Origin: Macrostomum lignano
Lineage: Eukaryota
Assembly: GCA_002269645.1 (NCBI GenBank)
Contig: NIVC01003335.1
Coordinates: forward strand, 39,647 to 103,646
DNA: 64,000 nt
Reading direction: 5' to 3'
Shown here piece after piece: positions 41,901-55,554 of the stretch (the first letter of the stretch is position 1; the number at the start of each line of letters is the position of its first letter). A program made the translations under genes and the position numbers. The notes below the pieces were generated by a model, which searched no databases, had not been told where the DNA came from, and saw nothing but the letters and a program-made list of their open reading frames with translations.

Positions 41901-44900
41901 AGTGTACACCCGCTGGCTACGCTGGACTCAAAGGGGTATTGGCCTTGCATGCTGCTATTAGCTGCCGCAGCTTGAGGGCGGCACACACTAATTGAATGCC
42001 ACTTGGATTTGAGGACACGCTAGGCTTGAAAATGAAATAACTCTGCAGTGAAATTCCCCAGAAAATTAAACAATTCAATGGACTAAATCGATACCGTATT
42101 CTATTGTATTGTACGTATTGTACTAGATGCGAGATCGAACTATAAAAAAGTACTACTCTCGGAACTTCCCCTCCCTAAGTCTTGGAGTCTTCATAGCGTT
42201 AAAGAGCTTATTACGAGCATCTGTCAATTGATAGCTTAATTAATATATGAATATCAACTTCAGGTCTTTTAGTCGGAGTGTACGTCATATCGCTGTTGGA
42301 GATTCTGTAACTTGTCGTCCAGCTGCTGCAGCTGATCGCCTTCAGAGTACGACCAGCTGCTTCAAAGAATTCCGCAGATTCAGCTGCAGTGCTGTGTCAA
42401 TGGAGGACGCTGAAAGCAAGACCCAGCAAGCGTCCAAGAATTCACACTCAGCAGCTCAACTTTTAGAGGCTGCTCGGCCTTCTCAACAGATGTGCCGCCG
42501 CCGAATCCGCCTTCAATTGCGGCGAGCCGCCCGGAAGAAGCCGGTGAAAGGAACTAATTCAACCCTGGCCTTCCTCGATTACGACAGGTTTTTATTAGCG
42601 AAAGCAATAATGGCCTTGAAGTGATACATTTTGAAAGTATGGATGAACTTTATAGAGCATGGTCTATCCTGATCACATAATTAACGTAATGCAGTGTGGT
42701 GTCTGGCCTGTGGAGTGCTCTTGTACTTTTTGAGTTGTTTTGCGTGCGCCCTAGGCGGCCATCCCCAGACCAGTTCTGGCTGGATGGGGGAGGGGGCGCT
42801 CGGCCCGGCTTGAGTCTTTCCCCGCGGCGGCCACTGATTGGCTGGGCTTGTGTTTTTGTGTTTTTCTTTTCTAGCCCCCATTCAGTCAGATCTGCTCGGC
42901 GGCACGCTGATTGGCTGAGAGGTCATTTCTTTTGTTTGGCGTTTCTCTCTCTCTCACGCTGTCTGCCCCTCTACCCTGTTTAAATGGTATATAGTGCTCA
43001 AGCCTGGCCCAGCTCTTCTGAGGCCTTGCCGTAGCAGTGGTTTCATAGCTAGAGCGTCATCACGCCTGCGACTGTGACCACTGCAGCACAGCAGTGTTGT
43101 ATATTGTGTATTATTGTAGTACTGTACCGGTTACTTTATAGTGTACAACCTACAGTATCGAAACTAGAAGCACTCGAGAGTGTCACTACACCTCGAGACG
43201 CAGCGTGAACTCTGAGTGTCCCGACACCAGAGGGATCGACCCATTATCGCAGAGCGTCGTCACGCCTGCTCGTATCCATAAAAGTACCGACAGCGTCACT
43301 ACGCCTGTTATACGAGTATTTTGTATAACATGTTGTACATTGGCTTTGCACTTACCTGCCAACTAGTGTCTTTTTGCTGTCAATCTCGAAGTCATAGCCG
43401 ATGATCGGGGACACTGCTGGGACTAGATCGCATTGGCCATGTAGGTACAGAGGGGACTTGTGCAGGGGATTCTTGCAGTGGCGAGTCTATGGGGTAGCTA
43501 CATGTACTATTACATTGCTAAATACGAAGAATTGTACTTTTGTCCTTCAACGCACCAACTAGCCTCTCATAGCGCTGATGATAGACTAACTCGAACTTCA
43601 GAGACCGCATGATTCATTACCCGAGCCGCTTGGCTAACCTAAAGTGCACAGAGTACATCTCTGGAGCCGATTCTGCACTATTGGCAATTTCGCTAACTGA
43701 TTTGATAGATTGATCGACTGAGAACTGCTTTGCCATTGGTCCACTGTGACCGGCACCTACTAGCTTAGCCACTCATCTGAGCCATCGGCGAACAAAGAAA
43801 TAAAACCGATAAAATAACTGTCAGATTTAACCTTCTCCTTAAATCACTTCACACCTCAGATTGAATTGGAGTTTCAGACTACTAGCAGTATTATTGAATG
43901 ACTTCTGCCTCAGCGACAGCACTACTGAACAAAATGAGCAAAAGAGTAAATGAGCAAAAATTCAGCTACTGAAACAGGGGACAGATGGGGGATCACCCAA
44001 TCAAGCAAGTCCAGGTAGCCTCTCACCCAACCAATCAGAAACTCAACGGCCGGAGACCAGGTAATCCACAGTGACCGAATCGGCTTGATGCTCTGTAGCT
44101 CTAGACTCGGGATGATGCTGTCACAGTCTTCGCAGATAGCTAGCAGGCGATGCTCTTCGTTTGTTGTTCGCTGCTGATGACCGGGGGACTCGTCCTTGAT
44201 GATGATGGGGGGAAGTCGCAATCCGGGGATCAAGAAACGACGGTCGCGCTCCGGGAACCAGAAGTTGCGTGCTGGGCCCGAGCAAGTTGGAGTCCGAGCG
44301 GGCCGAAAACACCGGTTTAAATAGCCGCCAACTGGACCGCAGTTTGTTATAATGGAACACGTCGATTCTGATAGGCTGAGCCGATTTGTTAAAATGAGCG
44401 CCGAATTTTTTGATTGGCTAAGCTTGTTGCTACCCAGAATCACGTGATCGGGAGATCCTATCAGTTCCCACAGGGTCGTAAATAGATGACAGGTGCGGCC
44501 ATAAATCAATCAAAATCGCAACAAAATGATTTATGACTTTTCGCGTAGGATTGACAGAAATTAATGAAAAAATATACATTAGAAAGCTCTTATTAAATAG
44601 AAATTGAAGATAATGAAGAGAAATCACTAATCGCTAATCCCAAGGTACTTTTATGGGTAAAACGCATAGCTGTCAAAGCTGTCACACGCTTGAGTGAACA
44701 CGAACAATAGGCTCTGACCCCATAAATCTTGATGGCCTGTCAAAATGATGAGAAAAAAGCTACCGCCCGCATCCTCTCAGACCATCTGGCGCCCGCCTCA
44801 ACACTAAGTGAGGCGCAGGTGGCTGTCAGACCAGCTTCGAAAGCGATGATTTATGACCCAAAAAGCTGCGCCTATGTTATTATGACTACTAGTATGACCA

Positions 44901-45059
44901 AGCATTATATCTAGTATAGATCACAGATACTAAATACTGTATAGATATAGGTTTATTATCTGTTTTATTATCTGTGGTATAGATTCTATGACAATTCGCA
45001 GAAAAAGGATAAAAATGCCCATTGCCCACTGTTAGTAGGCTGGTAAGTTTAGAGCCCAT

Positions 45060-46159
45060 GTGCTAGCGCGGGGTTTGGAAAAAAGTGCGTCCTCATCATG
45101 GGCATATATCAAGGACGCCGGGAACGTGCTCATTATCGTGGACTCCTTCGGACTCCTTCTCTGGGTGGATTGAGGCATTCCCCAGTGGGTCGGGCGAAAA
45201 CTTCATCGCTTCTTTGCGCACTGTGTTCTCTCGGTTCGGCGTATCCGAAACTGTGGTGTCAGACAACGCTCCGGAATTCACAGGCGATCCTGTCGGCACC
45301 TGACTGAAAGCTAATGGCGCGACAAAACTGGAATCCCCTCCATATTATTTTCAAGCGAACGGTTCAGCGGAACGAGCAGTTCAAACCGTGAAGGCTGCAC
45401 TGCGCTCCTGGACTGAGCGCATCACCCGCCTGCCGTTCATCTCCTTTCTGCAGAAGGTACTTATGCATCACCGCAACTCCGCCATGAGTCGAGGAAAAAG
45501 CCGAGTTGGTTTTTGGACGACGCCTGCCAGTTCCCGTGGTTTCAGCATTCGACCAAGGTGAGCCTGTTCTGTACAAACCATCCGATGCTGTTGGACAGCC
45601 CGCGAAATTCCTGATGACTGCGGGACGCAACACAGCCTGGGTTTTGGCGAATGGCCGCCTACAGTTTGCTAGCACAACCAAATCGCCATACCATGGTGCT
45701 GACATCGACGATGGTGAGGCGGAAGAGGGTGATGCTACACCGGCAACGACCCCGGATGACAATGGACAGCATCCAACGTCCACGCTGAGACGGAGCTCAG
45801 CGTTCGGCAGCAACCGAACAGATTCACTCCATATAAACTCAGAACTCATACCTATAGCTAAGATCGTCACTAGTTTAAATGCGCTTAGTGTTTACTGATA
45901 TTTAAACTGTTCCACTATATGTACTTGTTTGCGGATCCCATTCGGAGGGGGACATGAAGCGCATTGTAAATGCACTTAATAGTTATAGCTCATACTCGTA
46001 TTTTGCCTATTAGCGTTTACCTCTTATTGCCCCATTCATTTATGTCTATGGCTACACCTTAATTAGAACCCTTGCTATTGCCTTCCCCTGAGCGTGTCTC
46101 CTCTCTAAGCGGCGCACGTATAAAAAGTGAAAGATTACGCGACATAGCAATCAAATACA
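45060..46159 (+). mobile_element. Ty3/Gypsy integrase remnant + polypurine tract + 3' LTR
   Basis: DSFSGWIEAFP...FSRFGVSETVVSDNAPEF...QANGSAERAVQTVK (rve D,D-E) with an in-frame stop. PPT ggagggggaca at 45944-45954; TG...CA LTR at 45955-46159 containing tataaaa. Confidence 0.8.
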
Positions 46160-48227
46160 TGTAAGCACAGGATCACAAGACATAACAGTACATGTATCCA
46201 CGGTCTGCACACTGGGTGCAGTTGAACATAGGGTCTGCCTCCTATCGAAAACAATAACAATTTTAATATGTAAAAAGTGGAAATTTCCTATCTCCATAGT
46301 GTATTTTTCGGCGAAAACAAGCCTCCTTAACATCATACATGGAGTAGTCCTTGTTAGTATAATCTGTGCTTCCGGGTGGCTTCTGCACTCAGACCGGGGC
46401 TTCTGTGTCGGGTGATTGATTCGGCCAGCCGGTTGAGCCAACGTCATTCACTATGCTTTCGCGTAATTACATAACCGTAAGACAGCCAGCCAGTCAGTCG
46501 CGACTTTGTCAGGCTGCGGGTCGGGCTGCGCGAAGGCACAGCCGTTCCTCACCTATGCCTGAATTTTTAAGGAACAGAAAATTGTTTAGTGCGAAAATTG
46601 TTTGACTAGAATTTATATTGACCTACTTTTTTCTGCAATAATTCGCCTCGCAAGGTCTTTTTATTATATTTTTGTTATGCTTTATATACTATACATTTGA
46701 GGGCTCATGCGCGTCCGTGTAAGAGGATCTGGCCCTTGCCTAGCCGGCTGTAAGGCAGCGACAACAGCGGCAGGTGATTTGATCCACCAGTAGCTAGCCT
46801 AGTTGCCCAAATGGGACTTTCACATTGCTTGTTCTGGTTCCAGAACCAGAACCAATTTGTGAAGTATAACTTTTTGTCTCCATAACTAGAGGGAGATACG
46901 TGCTATAAAGTTTTTATTATTGAATGACAATCGCCAAGAAGAAAGTGAAAAATTGTGCTAATTGAGGTTGTTAAGGCAGTCAAACATTCAACAGAATTGA
47001 ATAGTTATACTGCTGTTTTTCTTGGAAGATCCAAACCGATTCTGATTCTGGAATTGGTATTATGAAAAGCCTCATGGAGTGGAGGCCGTGGTTGGACGGA
47101 TCCTGTCTATGGCCAGCAAGCTGCACACGCGCATGTTTAAATAACCATCTTTGCTCAACAATATTACAATATTAAAATAGTAAAATATTAAGTTATACTT
47201 AATAACTTAATACAGTTATAGCATGACACATTACACATAGCCCATACGGCCATAGGCCTAACTAATTTCAAACAAAAAATTGGTGGTTCTCAAAAAATAA
47301 AAAGGCTTAGGCAAAATTGGAAAATTGCCCAAGTTACTAATAACAAGCTTAATAATAATATAATTGTTTTCTTTCTATTTAGTATTTATTTATTATCATC
47401 ATTGTAAGGCCTACACATTTAACAAATAATAATAGGCCTAGGGCCTATTAGCATTGATAGATAGAATAGGCCTAGTGTAACTATGCCTAGGCCTATTGCA
47501 ATATTTTTTCTTCTTTCTTTGAGTTTAGGCCTTATTTTACTTTTAACAGTAATTTTATTGCATTGTTAAAGTGTTAATAATAAAAAAACTACTTTTTAAA
47601 ATTTGCTTTTTCATGAATATTTAACAAGTCACAAGACCCTTGGCCTTAATGAAAAAATCTTTAGCTTAAAATGTCATTGTAAAATGCAAAGCCAAATAGA
47701 CAATATATATAGCTGATACTATAGTATAGGCCTAATCTTTTTTTAATTTAAAATTAGGCTTAAATCATAATTCATCTTTTATAAGGGCCTATTAATATAG
47801 GCCATAGGCCGAGGCCTAGTAGGTAGGCCTATATTTGTTTGTTCTACTTTGGAAAACAATCTTACTCTTAATAGTAATACCAAATTATAGTAGGCCTAGG
47901 CTAGGCGCTAGGCCTAGCGCCCAGTGGTTTGGTTTATTTTCCTTTTATAATTGTTATCTAGGTTTATTTTTATACGTAGAGTGTGCGTATGCACCTTAAA
48001 TTTAAAAATTGCACCCTGAAATTGAAACATAGATGCAGTTTAGGTAGGTGCAGTCTTATAACCTATTTATAACCTAATTTGCACTGCCTTGAAATAAGAA
48101 AAAAGAGAAATTGCACTTTAAGCCTTAAAATCGCACCATGAAAGTGAGCATAGGGTGCAATTTTGCACATTGTCTTTGGCAAAAAAGAAAACCCTGATTG
48201 TTATGCATTTTTCTTTTAAAATTTAAT

Positions 48228-48683
48228 AAATAAATGGGTCATTCTACAACAAGAGGGTCCTATCATGTTTGTGAACTTTAAGTTTAAGGGGGTAAGCACT
48301 TGTAACTTTTGAACCATAGGCCCTAATCAATATAACAAAGCTCAAAAAGCAATAGGCCCCTATGCCAAACTTCTAGTTATCTGTATTTCACATAGCTGTT
48401 TATGAATTCTAAAATAATTGAATTATAGACCTATAGTTAGAGAATATTTATAAACTATGCTGATAGTCATTTTTTATCACTAAATGACTGTCAGCATAGT
48501 TTATGCTCTGCTATGTGTTCAGTTGTTTTAGAATTCATAAGCAGCTATATGAAAAACATAGAATTAGAAGTTTGATATATATTGCTTTTTGCAACTTTGT
48601 TTTATCTAATTTAGTTCAATAGTTACAAGTGCTTAAAGTTCAAAAACACAATGGGACCCTCTTGTGGAATGACTCATTATTAT
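48228..48683. mobile_element. ~450-bp imperfect palindrome (foldback/MITE-like)
   Basis: Arms pair from atgggtcattctacaacaagagggtcc / ggaccctcttgtggaatgactcat inward to aaactatgctgatagtcattt / aaatgactgtcagcatagttt, with the centre near 48478. Confidence 0.8.
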
Positions 48684-51168
48684 ACATTTTTGATAGTTAG
48701 TCTAATCTAATATAATATAGCCTAAGTAGTTATATGTACTAGTTTTAATTCTAGGCATTAGGCCTTATCAAGATTAGAGGGTTACACTTGTCATTTCATT
48801 CTTCTTAATATCTTTGACCTTTTGCATAGGCTTTTAATTTAAACTCATCTTTAGTATATTTCTATTTCTTATCACTATTCTTAGGTTATAGGATCTCGCT
48901 CAAAAGTTAATAATAGCTTTTTTAAACTATACAGGGCCTTTATTGATTATATAATGATTATTGAACCATTAAAGATTTAGCCTTAAGAAGAAATAGGTGA
49001 ATAAGCAGTATTTGACACCCATTAATAAAATATTTTTGAAAATCTCTTTATCTTTTTAGATAGTCTCTTTTTATTATACTTAGCTTTAGTGCAAAAAGCT
49101 TTTTTATATTTTTTTCTTATTGAAAATTATATATTTTTATTTTTCCTTTTTATATATTTTTGATAATTATAAACAAGAGTTAATTTTTATATTACTTTTA
49201 ATTAGATTTTTGTATACTTGATAAGTTAAAAATGTGTTTTTGATTTAATCTTCTTAAACCATTTTATGTTATAATACTCCAATGAGAAATCAACACTAAA
49301 ATTGATTTATTATATTTATAAACTCAATTAAAACTAAATGTGACATTATTGATGCTTGTATATTTAATTTTTATTTATAATTAAGCTTTTTTGTATGCAT
49401 GCTTTGTATAGCCTTATAGGTAATGGTCTAATGCAATTTAATCAAATGAACAGCTTTCCAAAATTAAGAAAATATATTAATTTAACTAAATAAATAATGC
49501 TTTTTGGTAAGGTAAAATAAGAGTATTGTAGAGCATTTATTATTGGTATCATTTGTACTAATAAATATTTCTATTTATTAGATTTAATTTTTAATTTAAT
49601 CATCATGAATCAGGGCATTAAAAGACAAACTGGGATATCAAAATGTTTAGTAAATACAAACAAAAAGGTTGTTTCAGTAGTATTAGCAGGCATAATAGAC
49701 AGTTATAAAAATTAGGTAAGAAATCCAAGCAATACCCAGATGCAAGCAATCCCTAGATGACATTGATTTGCCTATTCTTACAAGATCTGACTTGAGCTTC
49801 CCAATAAGTTCTTACTAGAGCCCACAAGATCTATACCATTCAAATGTATAAGCAGATCTTACATTATCTGCTAAGATCTTACAAGGCAAATCTGGAAAGA
49901 TCTTGACCAAGATCTGCTAAAATATGCAAAGATCTATATGTAAGAAAACATGTTCAACTTGAATTTCTAAGCAGATCTGCAATGCCAAATTAATTAGCCT
50001 ATTTATAAGTGTATGCCTGCTTAACTTTAGATGCTTAAAAATATTTACTCATATTCAGCTCAAGCAAAAATTGATTGTCAAAGATGTGCAAAGAAGAATA
50101 TTAGCAAAATTTAGTAAGATGCAAAGAAAAAACGCATGCAAATATACAATAATTTGAACATTGAAAACTATAAGTTATCAATTATTCATGGAAAAATCTA
50201 ATGGCACTCTTATGAGGCAATAGAACTTTTATCCTTTATTTAATAATCAAAAAATTGCCCTTAATTATATCCTAGTTTATACAATTTAAACCCAATGATT
50301 ATACCTTTAAAGAGTAAAGTTGAAACTATTTTAGTTTTAGTGTTTGTCCATTGACATACATTAAGAATTTATAGTAGCAAAAAACAAATATTATATTCAA
50401 GCATAAAAAATGTTAAATGGGGCAATTAAATGTGTGGATTTCAGTTGGCATAAAACAGCAATATATTAACATAAAAATATTACTAATTCAGTACAATGAC
50501 TAATTACAGAAAGCATAAAACATAATCATGTGGGCAGCCATGCATTCAACATAAAGTTAAGAAATACTTAAAACACAAAAAACTAAAAAACAATCAGTAA
50601 CTAAAATAATAGTGTCTGCAGTGTGGACATAGCAGATTCATCTGCTGATTGATGAGACAGTTAGAATCGATGGCAAACGTTTTTCAATACATATGGCACA
50701 TGAGAGATCAATTTGGCAATTGCGAGATTGTAGTAGCGGCAGCGAAACTAGACTGAGATCAGCAAGACTAGACTGGGATTGGCAAGACTAGACTGAGATC
50801 GGCGAGACTAGACTGGGATCGGCGAGACTGGACTGGGATCGGTGAGACTGTGGCAGCGGTGTGGACGCAGAGTAATGTTTTGTTGTCATGTTGCAAGGAA
50901 AGCTAGCCAAGTAAAAAGTTTATTAGTTATAAAGATAGGTCAGCAATTTTACCCCATTAGTGTAGCAACGAAGGACGGGTAGAGCGCATCTGTTTTATCT
51001 GTTTTGACAGATAAATGTTGTATGTAAACATTGACGAATTGATTAGTTAACATACTGAACTTTTACTTGATACTTTACTACTAGTAGTTGTATGTAACTT
51101 GATTTGTATGTAGCAAAATGAATTATTGTATTTAATTTGATTCCAGTTAACACAAAAGCAAATCTATA

Positions 51169-52670
<1,502 letters not shown>

Positions 52671-53519
52671 GCTTGAGAAAAAATATTTTTGACCAGATTG
52701 ACCGCATTGGCGTCAAAAAAACGAAGTTAGTATTTTATTAAAATGTATTTGAATTTTAAATACAAACAATGATTTACTTTTATTTTATCTAATGTCATTC
52801 GTTTCTTAAACTTTTTTGCAACGACAGGTTTTATTAAAACTAAGGTAAATATCTATTTATGTACTTTTATTGCAATCAAATTTTCACACCGGTTTCGCTA
52901 GTTTTTTTGTGTATAAATCATAATTCAATTTTTCGGCATGCATTTGTTCGCAGTTGCTAAAGTAGCTTGTAAATAAATTTTTCCTCTCAAACATGTCCCA
53001 GTGCTTATTTTATTTTTATTTATCGAATTTTAAAAAAATTCAACTTTTATTATAATTTGTCTAGAAAAATACACTTGAAATGTTTATTGTTCTACTATGA
53101 GTAGACTTTTGCGAGCATGACTTGAAGCTATATATATTTTTTGTGCAACAATTTGCTATTACGATTTATTACTGTACTGCTCAATGGTATTGCTATTGCA
53201 AGTTGCTTCCTAAACTGTGTGCCGTTTCCCACACACTGTACTTTCTGCAACTAAGCGTGTTTACCTTTACTTTTTGTGTCAATGATTATCATAGTCGGGG
53301 CGAAGTTTTTCTGCTTTTTTTTCTCTTCTCGTATACAGTTGTGCAATAAAAATATATGTCGAATATTTTATAAGGCCACGCGATTGGCTTGTTTGTTAAT
53401 TTGCTCTCCTTGTTATTTAATAATTATAAACAGTTAGAATTATTCATTAAAGAAATTTTCTAAAGTTGACGTTGCAAGAGTGCAAAAGGGTTTTTAAGAT
53501 CACATAGAATCAGTTTTCA

Positions 53520-54125
53520 TAGAATCTAGTAGAAGCAGGTTTTTTAGAATCCAAGATAATCACGTTTATAATGATGCAGAGTAGAATCGAGTTTCTAAGA
53601 ATCCAGGAGAGTCAAATTTCTTATAATAGGGCAGAATCATGTTTGTTAAAATCTAAGAGTAGAACCAGCTTTCTTAGAACCCAGAGTAGAATTAGCTTTC
53701 TTAGAATCCTGTAATTATCGAGTTTTGTTAGAATCCACTAGTTATCGAGTTTTCTTTGAATCCAGTAGTTATCGGGTTTTCTTAGAATCCAGTAATTATT
53801 GGGTTTTCTTAGAATCCAGTATTATAGAGTTTCTGAGAATCCAGTAATTATCGGGTTTGCTAGAATCCAGTAATACCGGGTTTCTTAGAATCCAGCATTA
53901 TCAATTTTCTTAGAATCCAGCATTATCAATTTTCTTAGAATCCAGAATTATTAAGTTTCTTAGAATCCAGCATTATCAAGTTTCTTAGAATACAGCATCA
54001 TCGGGTTTCTTAGAATCCAGCATTATCAAGTTTCTTAGAATCCAGCATTATCGAGTTTCTTAGAATCCAGCATTATAAAGTTTCTTTAGAATTCAGTGTT
54101 ATCAGGTTTCTTAAAATGCTGAGTA
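53520..54125. repeat. ~26-bp degenerate array (ttcttagaatccagcattatcaagt) upstream of ABCB7
   Basis: Tandem periodicity. Confidence 0.85.
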
Positions 54126-54203
54126 GAATCAGGTTTATTGGAATCTAGTAGAATTCTTTTTCCTGGAAATCAGTAGAAAGCTGCGTAATAAAGTTCATAA
54201 ACA

Positions 54204-55335
54204 ATGCTGCAATCCAAATATACTACTTATTACACGACAACGCCAGTCGCTAATTGGGTGCTCTCGGGTTCTGCTGGCCAATCGCCTCCTGCTGGGCCGG
54301 TTGCCGCCGCCGCCCGCAGTCAGCCTGGTACTGCAGTATTCTCGTTGCTTAGCAACGCGTCGTCAGCTGCCGGACGCTGGCCAGCAATCGCAGCAGCAGC
54401 AACAGAAAAGTAATCAGAGCCGCAGGCTGTGCAGCTCACACGGCCATATCGACTCAAGTCTAGGCGGCACCAACATCGACGCTAAACAGTCCGTTCGATC
54501 CACAGAATGGGGCACCGTGAAGTACATGCTAAACTTTGTCTGGCCGAAAGATAAACCGGGAATCCGGGCCAGAGTGCTGCTAGCTTTGGGCCTGCTAGCC
54601 GGATCTAAGCTGGTTAATGTGCAGGTGAGCGTCTAAGTGTCTGAGCGTCCGGCTCTCGCGCCACAACTCCCCTCCCCTTGCCCCCTGGGTTTTGGGGCCT
54701 TTGGTGCGCGAAGCTTGGCCAAGGGGTTGACTTTCATGCCTGTACACCCTGTGTGAGCGTGTGCATGAGTGCGTGCCTGCGTACAGTACTGGCGCGCTTG
54801 CATGTACTCCGGGAGTCGGCAGAATGGGCAGAATTGCCGTCAGCGCTGGCTGTGGGACAAAGTCGCCAAAGGCGTTGTTCCAGTGTGCCCGCAGCCTTCC
54901 CGAATATATTTATTTTTGTAAACTGAACTTCAATTCATGCTGTCTGCCTTTCTGTCATAGTGTCTGTCTGTGCCTGTGTGTCTGTCTGTCTGTCTGTCTG
55001 CCTTTCTTGCTGTCTTAGTGTCTGTCTGTCTGTGTGTCTGTCTGTCTGTGTGTCTGTCTGTCTGTCTGTCTGTCTGCCTTTCTTTCTGTCTTTGTGTCTG
55101 TCTGTCTTTGTGTCTGTCTGTCTGTCTGTCTGTCTGCCTGTCTGTCTGCCTGTCTGTCTGTCTGTCTGCCTTTCTTTCTGTCTTTGTGTCTGTCTGTCTT
55201 TGTGTCTGTCTGTCTGTGTCTGTCTGTCTGTCTGTCTGCCTTTCTTTCTGTCTTTGTGTCTGTCTGTCTGTCTGTCTTAGTATGTCTTTCTAGATCTGTC
55301 TGCTTGCCTGTCTGTCTGTCTGTCTGTACTCTGTG

Positions 55336-55384
<49 letters not shown>

Positions 55385-55443
55385 TAGTGTGTCTTTCTAG
55401 ATCTGTTTGCTTGCCTGTCTGTCTGTCTGTCTGTCTGTGTGTA

Positions 55444-55474
<31 letters not shown>

Positions 55475-55505
55475 TAGTGTGTCTTTCTAGATCTGTCTGC
55501 TTGCC

Positions 55506-55554
<49 letters not shown>

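Noticed and set aside
42247-42624. 125-aa ORF
   Set aside because: No recognisable domain, splice context or homology cue; left unannotated
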